Both the position numbers and the translations under genes were made by a program. Under the pieces are notes generated by a model that worked only from the letters and a program-made list of their open reading frames with translations, searched no databases and was not told the origin of the DNA. From Verrucomicrobiota bacterium (GTDB lineage Bacteria > Verrucomicrobiota > Verrucomicrobiia > Limisphaerales > UBA1096), in the NCBI GenBank assembly GCA_030749225.1, contig JASMKO010000019.1, forward strand, positions 140 through 64,139: a stretch of 64,000 nt of DNA, read 5' to 3'. Position 1 is the first letter of the stretch. Each line of letters opens with the position of its first letter. Of this stretch, positions 25,849 through 33,559 are shown in pieces.

Positions 25849-26854
25849 CTGCCTCAGCTTGATCGTGCTTAATGAACACAACGACCAAACCAGAGCCAAT
25901 TAGGAAGGCGAGAATGGTCCACAGGGTGTTGGCGTCGATGGGCGGGATGATCCAGCCGAAGTCAACCCGCTCGAGGCCGACGTTCACATCGCCGACGGTT
26001 TTGAAATGCCGGAATGGCCACAAACCAACTAACGATCCAGCCATCAGGCCGGTCAGGAAGGCAATCGTGGCATCGTGAAATGTGGCCAGCAGGCGCTTGA
26101 GCAAGCGCGTGAAAAGGAGCAAGCCCAGAACACAACCGCTCACGAACAGTCCAATGATCACCGGATCTCGATCATTAACCGCCTGCAACACGTCAAAGTA
26201 GACGCCCATCAGGATCATGATGAATGACCCACTGACTCCCGGCAGCACCATCGCGGAAATCGCGATCGTGCCGCACAACACGAGAAACACCATCCGACCC
26301 GCGTCCGCTTGGCCAACTTGCGATGCGGTGGTCTGTTCAATGCTGGCCCGTTTCATCTCGAGTTTGCGGTTAGCATCCTCGAGTTGCTGCTCAGCATCCA
26401 CCGAGAACGTAAGCACCAAGACCAAGCCGAGCGCAGCCAGCGCACTCAGCCCCTCAATCGCCCCAAATCGGCGAATCATATTCAGTGGTATCCAGATCGA
26501 CACCAAAATCAGCCCACAAAAAAACCCGTAAGTCGGGTCGTGCCACTTCTCGATCAGCCACACCATAACCTGTGAAAACACCACCACTGCAACAGCCCCA
26601 CCGGCTGCTATCCAAGTGAGAAAAGACCCATCGATCCGGCGCCACTCTGCGCGGAACCGCTCCCTTGCGCCGTCCCGAAATGTAGCAACTTCGAACACGA
26701 CCGACAGAGTGCCAAAGGCAATGTTGCCGACCGCGGCAATGAGGCGCTCATAGATACCAAGCGCAAGCGCCATGCTCCCGCCGCTTACGCCCGGGATGAT
26801 GCTCGCCACCCCGATCAGGAAACCGTGAAGAATTGTTTTGAAGGCGGCTACCAT
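25832..26854 (-). CDS. DUF368 family polytopic membrane protein (family linked to polyprenyl-phosphate recycling)
   Basis: The duplicated motif IIPGVSGGSMALALGIYE / VLPGVSGSFIMILMGVY is characteristic of DUF368. The ATG at 26854 is preferred over the TTG at 26899. Confidence 0.7.
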   Translation of the reverse strand: MVAAFKTILHGFLIGVASIIPGVSGGSMALALGIYERLIAAVGNIAFGTLSVVFEVATFRDGARERFRAEWRRIDGSFLTWIAAGGAVAVVVFSQVMVWLIEKWHDPTYGFFCGLILVSIWIPLNMIRRFGAIEGLSALAALGLVLVLTFSVDAEQQLEDANRKLEMKRASIEQTTASQVGQADAGRMVFLVLCGTIAISAMVLPGVSGSFIMILMGVYFDVLQAVNDRDPVIIGLFVSGCVLGLLLFTRLLKRLLATFHDATIAFLTGLMAGSLVGLWPFRHFKTVGDVNVGLERVDFGWIIPPIDANTLWTILAFLIGSGLVVVFIKHDQAEAEKKGG

Positions 26855-26951
26855 CGTTCGCGCGGATTCCACCCCAGCCAGACGCAAATGGCCAAACAAA
26901 AACGGCTGCCGTGTTGCCGGCTGCCGTTCGCCAAAAAGGGGGGGGTATCAC

Positions 26952-27431
26952 CTATTGCAGCTTGGCCAAGGTCTCCTTGATCGCGTCGAAATTCGGGAGA
27001 TCCTTCGGGGTCGGCGTTTGCTCGCTATACTGCACCACGCCTTCCTTGTCGATGACGAATGCCGCACGGGCGGAGACAGAGCCGAGACCCATCAGGTCGT
27101 CGAGCAACACGCCGTAGTCGGCTGCAACCGACTTATTCAGGTCGCTCGCCAGCGTGATACCGATGCCCTCCTTCTGCGCCCACGCCTCCTGCGCAAACGG
27201 GCTGTCCACGCTGATGCCGATCACATCTGCGTTCAAGTCGGTATACGCGCCGAGACCTGCGGTGATGTCGCACAACTCGCCGGTACACACGCCTGTGAAT
27301 GCGAGCGGGACAAACAGCAGCACGGTGTTTTTGCTGCCAAAGTTACTGCTTAGAGTGATGTTAGTGACGTCACCGGTGCTTTTCGATTTCAACGCAAAAT
27401 CCGGTGCCTTGGTTCCGATTTCAATTGCCAT
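26952..27431 (-). CDS. peroxiredoxin (AhpC/TSA redoxin family)
   Basis: MAIEIGTKAPDFALKS ... VLLFVPLAFTGVCTGELC is the peroxidatic Cys block. The ATG at 27431 is preferred over the ORF-track start at 27509. Confidence 0.8.
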   Translation of the reverse strand: MAIEIGTKAPDFALKSKSTGDVTNITLSSNFGSKNTVLLFVPLAFTGVCTGELCDITAGLGAYTDLNADVIGISVDSPFAQEAWAQKEGIGITLASDLNKSVAADYGVLLDDLMGLGSVSARAAFVIDKEGVVQYSEQTPTPKDLPNFDAIKETLAKLQ

Positions 27432-27552
27432 GATGTTTTTTGTGTTGTGCCTCCTTCGGGCCTCGCCGATTCTTTCGCAAGGCTGCTCAAAGTCAATCCC
27501 CTTAACCAAGCGGCTTGTTTATGGCAGGGCGCGGAGTTAGCCTCGCGGTGTT

Positions 27553-27943
27553 CTTCGATCCCGGTAGGGCGGAGGGTCGCCTCTGGCTTGCCGGGGGAGG
27601 AAAGTCCGAACTCCGCAGGGTGCGATGCCGCGTAACCCGCCCCCTAGGGCGGGATACACGCGGGAGACGGCGCTTCAAGGCGTCGCCGACGGCCAGTGCA
27701 GCAGAAAACAAACCGCCCGGCTTGCCGGGTAAGGGTGAAAAGGTGGGGTAAGAGCCCACCGCCCCGAGAGTAATCGAGGGGGCACGGTAAACCCCATCGG
27801 GAGCAAGACCAAATAGGGAGCCCGGGACGGCCCGTCCCATGGAGGCTCCGGGTTGGGTCGCACAAGATAAATGACCCTCTCCGCGTCCGGCTTGCCCGGT
27901 CGCGTAGACAGAATTCGGCTTACAGCCCAACCGGGATCGGAGA
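27553..27943 (+). ncRNA. rnpB: RNase P RNA, bacterial type A
   Basis: Universally conserved blocks are present: GGAGGAAAGTCCGAAC (27598-27613, P4 5' strand), CAGTGCAGCAGAAAACAAACC, GGGTAAGGGTGAAAAGGTGGGGTAAGAGCCCACC, GGTAAACCCCATCGGGAGCAAGACCAAATAGG and AGACAGAATTCGGCTTACAG (P4 3' strand). P1 pairing joins CGATCCCGGT (27556-65) with ACCGGGATCG (27930-39). The ends are approximate. Confidence 0.9.
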
Positions 27944-28032
27944 CGCCCTTGGCCAAGCGATTGGCCGTATTTTATGCATTTGACACAGAGGCGACGCGGC
28001 CATACGATCCCCGGCATTTGAATTTCTGAACG

Positions 28033-28482
28033 ATGCCTGAAGAAACCACCCAACCACCTGCCGCCGGCGGTTCGCAAGAATCCAAGAAACAAACAGTGCG
28101 CATCAGCCTGCCGCCGAAGCCGGCCGCCTCACCAACCATCAAGATTTCCGTGCCTCCCGCTGCGGCGACCGAGGGCAGCAAAGCGTCCTCCACTATCAAG
28201 ATCCCGGTTCCGCCCAAGACGGCGGCGTCAGGCGTCGGGATCGCCAAGCCTCCTGCCACCGCGGAAAAGAAGGAGGAGGCCCCACCTGCCGTGGCAGAGG
28301 AACAGGCCGCGGCCCCTGTGGAGGAGGAAGCCGTCGAGGCAGCCGCGCCCAAGCGGAAAAAAGCCCGAGTCAAGAAGGCCGCTCCTGCGGACAACCCGGT
28401 AGACACTGCTGCTGCCGCCGTTGCCGCATTGGCCGCAGTTGGCCTCGCGGCATTCCTTGCCAATCTCGGTGGCATGTTCTAG
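28033..28482 (+). CDS. hypothetical Pro/Ala-rich tail-anchored protein with a triple V/T-I-K-I-x-V-PP repeat
   Basis: It is co-oriented with trxA. The repeats are VRISLPPKPAASP / TIKISVPPAAAT / TIKIPVPPKTAAS, and the C-terminal segment AAAAVAALAAVGLAAFLANLGGMF is hydrophobic. An equally long antisense ORF exists, so coding status is not secure. Confidence 0.45.
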   Translation: MPEETTQPPAAGGSQESKKQTVRISLPPKPAASPTIKISVPPAAATEGSKASSTIKIPVPPKTAASGVGIAKPPATAEKKEEAPPAVAEEQAAAPVEEEAVEAAAPKRKKARVKKAAPADNPVDTAAAAVAALAAVGLAAFLANLGGMF

Positions 28483-28506
28483 GTCGCCGCTTTATCCAAT
28501 TTCAAA

Positions 28507-28836
28507 ATGGCTTCCGACAATGTCGTTACCCTGACTGCGGACAACTTCGACGCCGAGGTGATCCAGTCCGCCAATCCCGTGCTGGTCGATTTCTGGGCTG
28601 AATGGTGTGGCCCATGCAAAATGATCGGCCCGATGATCGATCAACTCGCCGACGAAAACGACGGCAAGGCAACCATCGGTAAGCTCAACATCGACGAGCA
28701 CCAACAACTGGCAGTCCAGTACAACGTGCAGTCCATCCCCACCCTGCTCGTCTTCAAGGGCGGCCAGGTCGTGGAGCAGGCTGTGGGCGCGCGGAGCAAG
28801 GCCGACCTGCAAGCCATGCTCGACAACCACGCCTGA
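28507..28836 (+). CDS. trxA: thioredoxin
   Basis: VLVDFWAEWCGPCKMIGP and IPTLLVFKGG are present. The protein is 109 aa. Confidence 0.95.
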   Translation: MASDNVVTLTADNFDAEVIQSANPVLVDFWAEWCGPCKMIGPMIDQLADENDGKATIGKLNIDEHQQLAVQYNVQSIPTLLVFKGGQVVEQAVGARSKADLQAMLDNHA

Positions 28837-28860
28837 TCGCGTTCTGCTTCCCGGGAGGAC

Positions 28861-29871
28861 ATGGCCTCCCTGATTGAGACCCCGCGCAGCTTCCGGGCCC
28901 GCTCCGAGTTTTATCACCAGCTTGGCGCGTTGCAGCAGGCCGGAATCGGCGTGGCCCAGTCGCTACAGCAAACCGCGCCTCCAAACCAGCGCGATCGCCA
29001 GCATGTACGCGAAATCATTGACCGACTGAACGCCGGCGAAACGTTTTCCGAATCACTCGAGAGCCGGGAAAGCTGGCTGCCAACGTTCGACCGAATGATG
29101 ATCCAAGCCGGGGAAACCGGAGGAAGGCTTGATGACACCTTCCGCATTCTCTCCGACCATTACGCCCAGCGCTCGGCGCTCATACGCGATGTGCTGATGC
29201 GGCTGGCCTACCCGGTGTTCATCCTTCACTTCATCATCCTGATGCCGGGCCTCATCTCATACGGGGCCAGCTTGCTGGGCGGTGGCGATGTCGGATTTGT
29301 CGGGGCGTTTCTCTCATCGCTGCTCACCTTGGGAGCGTTGTATGCCGCCGTTTTTTTATTGCTTTACCTAGGCCAGGCCAACCGCGGGTTTACCCTGCGC
29401 TATTGGCTCGAGAAACTTTGGCACCGCGTGCCGATGTTCGGCCCGGCGCTGAAGGAACTCAAACTGTCGCGTCTGTCGTTCGCGCTGTATGCCCTGCTCA
29501 ACGCCGGTGTCAACATCCGTGAGGCGTGGGAGAACGCCGCCAACGCCTCCGGCTCGCCCTGGCTGGCAACCAGCGTCCGCGCCTGGCTGCCGGAACTGGA
29601 TCGCGGCCTGCTGCCGTCAGAGGCGCTGAAACTGCGCAACGATTTGCCAACAACCTTCCGAGACCTGTACGCCAGCGGCGAGGTCTCTGGCCAACTGGAC
29701 GACTCATTGGAGCGCTTGGCAAAGCTATACCACGAGGAAGGCACGCGCCATCTCAAGAGCGCGGCCGGGGTGGCCACCGGGCTGGTTTACGGCGCGGTCG
29801 TCATTGCGGTGGCGTTCATCGTCATCCGGTTTTGGATGAACTATTACAACTCCGCATTGAACGCCTTTTGA
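28861..29871 (+). CDS. type II secretion system F (GspF/PilC) family protein, short orphan copy
   Basis: Two T2SSF-like halves each end in the GE-x-G-x-LD motif (MMIQAGETGGRLDDTFRILSDHY and LYASGEVSGQLDDSLERLAKLYHEE). There are about 3 TM segments. GGGAGGAC precedes the ATG. Confidence 0.6.
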   Translation: MASLIETPRSFRARSEFYHQLGALQQAGIGVAQSLQQTAPPNQRDRQHVREIIDRLNAGETFSESLESRESWLPTFDRMMIQAGETGGRLDDTFRILSDHYAQRSALIRDVLMRLAYPVFILHFIILMPGLISYGASLLGGGDVGFVGAFLSSLLTLGALYAAVFLLLYLGQANRGFTLRYWLEKLWHRVPMFGPALKELKLSRLSFALYALLNAGVNIREAWENAANASGSPWLATSVRAWLPELDRGLLPSEALKLRNDLPTTFRDLYASGEVSGQLDDSLERLAKLYHEEGTRHLKSAAGVATGLVYGAVVIAVAFIVIRFWMNYYNSALNAF

Positions 29872-29917
29872 TATTCGCGCTTTGCCAAGCGCCTGGCCAA
29901 GCGGTATCGTCACCCCC

Positions 29918-30397
29918 ATGGACGCACTGCTCAAGCTGCTTCGGGATAACGCCGCCCTGTCCACCGCGGACCTGGCCGGGATGCTGGAATTGTCCGAGGA
30001 GGAAATTCGCGAAAACATCCGCCGGGCTCAGTCTGACGGAGACATCCTCGGCTATCAGGCAATCCTTAGCGACGAGGCCACTGGCCACGACGGCGTGCAG
30101 GCGGTCATCGAGGTCAAGCTGACGCCGGAGCGAGGCGGGGGGTTCAACCGCTTGGCCGAACGCATCTCCAAGTACAACGAAGTCAACTCCTGCTACCTTA
30201 TGTCCGGCAGCTACGACGTGCTGGTGATTATTGACGGCAACAGCCTACACGATGTCGCCTCGTTCGTTTCGGAAAAACTCGCCACCATCGAGGGTGTCAC
30301 CTCCACCGCCACGCATTTCCTGCTCAAGCGCTACAAGGAAAAAGGCGTGCTGATCAGCGGCACGGAGGAGATCGAACTCCTGGCGGTCAGCCCTTGA
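29918..30397 (+). CDS. Lrp/AsnC family transcriptional regulator
   Basis: The N-terminal HTH (LLRDNAALSTADLAGMLELSEEEIRENIRRAQSDGDILGYQA) is followed by an RAM/AsnC_trans_reg domain (VQAVIEVKL...VNSCYLMSGSYDVLVII). The ATG at 29918 is preferred. Confidence 0.8.
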   Translation: MDALLKLLRDNAALSTADLAGMLELSEEEIRENIRRAQSDGDILGYQAILSDEATGHDGVQAVIEVKLTPERGGGFNRLAERISKYNEVNSCYLMSGSYDVLVIIDGNSLHDVASFVSEKLATIEGVTSTATHFLLKRYKEKGVLISGTEEIELLAVSP

Positions 30398-30424
30398 GAT
30401 TGAATACGGCAACCGAACCGTCAT

Positions 30425-31015
30425 TCAGTGATCCTCTGGCGAGATTTCGTGCCCTCTTCGGCCTCCTTTTTTGGCCAGCAACTGCGCCAATGCCTTTTTG
30501 CCGTCAATATCGGTGAATGTAATCCCGCTTCCCCGCCAAATGGCACAATCCAGTGGCGTCCAATGTTTATGATCCAGGGAGTTCACGGCAGCACCGTGAT
30601 CAATCAATAACTCGGCAACAGAGGCGTTCCCTTGCAAGGCGGCGAAATGCAATGCTGTCTGCATGGCGTGAGTCACCCCGTTCGGGTTTGCTCCATTTCC
30701 CAGCAACAACGCCACCAAATCATTTTGTCCCTGAGTCGTGGCGATATGTAGCGGCGTGACCCCAAACTGATTTTGAGCATCAACCGACAAGCCCAAGGCC
30801 ATGATTCTTTTGGCACCATCGGCACCCCCCTTCCTCACAGCCCGGTGGAGCGGAGACTCGGCAGTTGCCGCGACGCTAAAACCGGGCTCGTTCAACCGAT
30901 ATGCCAAGGAAACCGGCTCAGCGGGTTGAACCTTGGTTTCATAATCCGTCACACGGCAACCGGGCAGACTAACCACAAAAACCAATAGAACAAATCTTAA
31001 TAAAATCGATTTCAT
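30425..31015 (-). CDS. ankyrin-repeat lipoprotein
   Basis: The signal peptide carries a lipobox (VVSLPGC). At least three ANK repeats are present (GVTPLHIATTQGQNDLVALLLGNGANPN, QTALHFAALQGNASVAELLIDHGAAVN, WTPLDCAI). Confidence 0.8.
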   Translation of the reverse strand: MKSILLRFVLLVFVVSLPGCRVTDYETKVQPAEPVSLAYRLNEPGFSVAATAESPLHRAVRKGGADGAKRIMALGLSVDAQNQFGVTPLHIATTQGQNDLVALLLGNGANPNGVTHAMQTALHFAALQGNASVAELLIDHGAAVNSLDHKHWTPLDCAIWRGSGITFTDIDGKKALAQLLAKKGGRRGHEISPEDH

Positions 31016-31057
31016 TGAGCCACTCGGCAATCACCCACATTGTCGAACAAATCAAGA

Positions 31058-31083
31058 AGGATCACCCAATGTTGGGTGATCCT
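31058..31083 (-). terminator. perfect 26-bp palindrome downstream of the TonB-receptor gene (probable terminator)
   Basis: aggatcacccaatgttgggtgatcct can form an 11-12 bp stem. On the minus strand it is followed by the U-rich TCTTGATTTGTT. Confidence 0.5.
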
Positions 31084-31156
31084 CAGTTGATGCAGTAATG
31101 GCTGATGAACGGCACGTCGTGCCTGAAACCGCTCATTGCCGGGAGGAACTAATACA

Positions 31157-33457
31157 TCAAAACTGTGATTCAATGCCAAACAGTAACTGCTGAGGCATCC
31201 CAGGGCGTGCCCCCTGGGGCAACCGACCCACAACATACTCTTCATCAAACACATTATGCGCGGTTGCAAACAGATTGGTATTATCTGTAACCGAGTAATG
31301 AAGCGAGAAATCAGATACAAAATAGCTTGGCACCTCCCCATAACGTGAATCGTATTTGCCAGCATAGTTAAACGGGCCGCCTTCGTTAAATCCTGATGCA
31401 TAAGATTCATCGATATATGTACCGTCCAATGCGAGACGGAATTTACCAATTCCAAGGCCAATTCCAACATGGAGTTGAAATTCTGGTATGTATGGAACTG
31501 TGTTACCGTCCTTCGCACCACTGAAAATGCTTTCGCCATCGGCAGAACTTGCACCACTATCAAACTCAGCCTCGGTCCATGTGATACCGACGGTCACCGG
31601 TAAACTGTAATTCGCTCCATTGGCAGCACCGAAGTCATAGCCTGCCTGCAGTTCCAAACCGACCGCGGTAATCTCTCCGTCGTTCGGGCCATTATCGACA
31701 ACAACCGTTTCTCCAACTTCAAACTCCTCAAAACCGGTACCCAGATTGTCCGGCACAATAAAGTCTTCCAGATCCGAGTAGAACAAGGCACCCGTTGCTA
31801 CAAAAGCCTCATCTTGGTAGCGAAATCCTAACTCGTAGCTGTTAGAACTTTCTTCATCAAGAGACTCTCCACTACGAATATATGAACGTGGACCAGGCAA
31901 TGATGCCCCATGATACACCCCGCCAAAAAGATTCAAACCTTCGTAAACATCGCAGGAAAGGCCCAACCCTCCTGTGACAACATCTATGTCCCCAGAACCT
32001 TTTGCAGGTGATTTATCTGATGTACGCGTGTTCTGGTCATATGAGAAATCCAAAAACTCATAGCGAATACCTGGTATCACAGATAGTTTATCATTAATGG
32101 CAACACGATCCTCGAGATATAAGGACCAAGCGTCTGTTTCTTGATGACGATCGCCCGCTGCTCCACTCGGAGCATCCGGACCGGGCGATGACCAACCGCC
32201 TAATTCACCTTGATCATATTTATGATACCATTGGTAGCGGTCAATATCGTCATTATGGAAACGAACGCCTAATTGAATTTCATTCTCCAAAGAACCAAGC
32301 TCCAAATCATAATTCAAAATGGATTCAATGCCTTGTGCTGAATAATCTCGATTATTGGCTTTGAGCCTTATGAATCCAGCACTCTCGCCTTTGATTACAC
32401 TTAGGTAATCATTATTATTCCAAACTTTATATGCGCTTTTCCCAGCTTTCCCATCGGCCAAAGTGCCAACCTTATCCAACTTGAACCAGTTACGGTGGAA
32501 CTTGGTGAAGTAAGCAGTGGTTTTCAATGAAGCGTTGCTTCCCAGTTCAACAAAGTGACGCAGATACCCACGGGAAGCATAGGTGTTAATCATATCGTTA
32601 CGGGTGGCAGCATAGCGGGAATATGGGTTAGCCTTAAAATCTTCATCGGTTATACCCAGATAAGTTTCGTTGGCATCAAAATCAGTACTCCCCAGTTTCA
32701 ATTCAAATGATTGATAGTTTGAAGTGTTGGGCTCCCATGACAATTTGAGCATTGGCTCACTGCGCGTGAAGCCTGTTTCACCATTGACTCCCTGCAATTC
32801 TTTAAAGCCTTCCGTGTTGCGGTAATATCCCTCAACAAGATATCCAACCCTCCCCAAGTCGGTGTCCTTTTTACCACCGTGATAAATGTGACCGACCATT
32901 TCATCATACTCACCATAATAAACCTTTGAGTAAGTAGTGATCTCCTCAGGTATTGGAGTTGAAAGGTAATTAATGGCACCTCCAGTGGTGTGTGGGCCGT
33001 ACTTAACCTGACTCGATCCCTTAACGACCTCCAACCCACTCATCCGCTCCAAGGTCGGGCTGTAGTATGCTGAAGGAGCCGAGTATGGAGCGGGAGCGGC
33101 AAGAATGCCATCCTCCATGATCGTGACCTTGGAACTTCGCCCCATGTCGATACCGCGCAAACTGATATTCGGGAAATTTCCATAACCATCCTCAGGGCGA
33201 ACATAAACACCGGGCACACGTCGCAATGCAGAATTGATATCACTGATCGAGTGAACTCTTAGATCGTCGATATCCAGATAGGTTGCAGAACCGGTAATTT
33301 TTTTTACACCTTCCTTGGAACCCACAATTGCACCGCTCACTAATACGGGATCCAATTCCTCGAAAGTTTCTTCTGCTGCCCCCGTGGTAACTCCGAATGA
33401 ACAAATCCCGGCTACAATTGCCGGGACTGACTTATTGGTATTGAGTTTCGTTCTCAT
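31157..33457 (-). CDS. TonB-dependent outer-membrane receptor
   Basis: There is a signal peptide, a plug domain (LDPVLVSG..., SALRRVPGVYVRPEDGYGNFPNISLRGID, LERMSGLEVVKGSSQVKYGPHTTGGAINYLS), a long beta-barrel and a terminal aromatic residue (...GIESQF). GC is clearly lower than in the neighbours. The ATG at 33457 is preferred over the TTG at 33472. Confidence 0.9.
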   Translation of the reverse strand: MRTKLNTNKSVPAIVAGICSFGVTTGAAEETFEELDPVLVSGAIVGSKEGVKKITGSATYLDIDDLRVHSISDINSALRRVPGVYVRPEDGYGNFPNISLRGIDMGRSSKVTIMEDGILAAPAPYSAPSAYYSPTLERMSGLEVVKGSSQVKYGPHTTGGAINYLSTPIPEEITTYSKVYYGEYDEMVGHIYHGGKKDTDLGRVGYLVEGYYRNTEGFKELQGVNGETGFTRSEPMLKLSWEPNTSNYQSFELKLGSTDFDANETYLGITDEDFKANPYSRYAATRNDMINTYASRGYLRHFVELGSNASLKTTAYFTKFHRNWFKLDKVGTLADGKAGKSAYKVWNNNDYLSVIKGESAGFIRLKANNRDYSAQGIESILNYDLELGSLENEIQLGVRFHNDDIDRYQWYHKYDQGELGGWSSPGPDAPSGAAGDRHQETDAWSLYLEDRVAINDKLSVIPGIRYEFLDFSYDQNTRTSDKSPAKGSGDIDVVTGGLGLSCDVYEGLNLFGGVYHGASLPGPRSYIRSGESLDEESSNSYELGFRYQDEAFVATGALFYSDLEDFIVPDNLGTGFEEFEVGETVVVDNGPNDGEITAVGLELQAGYDFGAANGANYSLPVTVGITWTEAEFDSGASSADGESIFSGAKDGNTVPYIPEFQLHVGIGLGIGKFRLALDGTYIDESYASGFNEGGPFNYAGKYDSRYGEVPSYFVSDFSLHYSVTDNTNLFATAHNVFDEEYVVGRLPQGARPGMPQQLLFGIESQF

Positions 33458-33500
33458 TATTAAATCTTTCAAAAACCGCCTTTTTTGGTGGCAGCGCGTT

Positions 33501-33530
33501 AATAATGGGATTCATTCTCATTAAAGTCAA
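33501..33530 (-). promoter_or_regulatory. candidate promoter with a Fur-box-like element upstream of the TonB-receptor gene
   Basis: The minus strand reads TTGACTTTAATGAGAATGAATCCCATTATT. It has a TTGACT -35-like hexamer overlapping TTAATGAGAATGA, which resembles the ATAATGATAATCA core of the Fur box (about 10 of 13 positions by eye). Confidence 0.3.
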
Positions 33531-33559
33531 CCGCTTTGTAAAAAAATATTTGAATTGGA

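Noticed and set aside
27972-28475. A 167-aa minus-strand ORF opposite the Pro/Ala-rich ORF.
   Set aside because: It is an Ala/Ser/Gly-rich low-complexity translation with no start context. The plus-strand ORF is co-oriented with trxA and has a more protein-like organisation (repeats plus a terminal TM helix). Neither ORF is proven.
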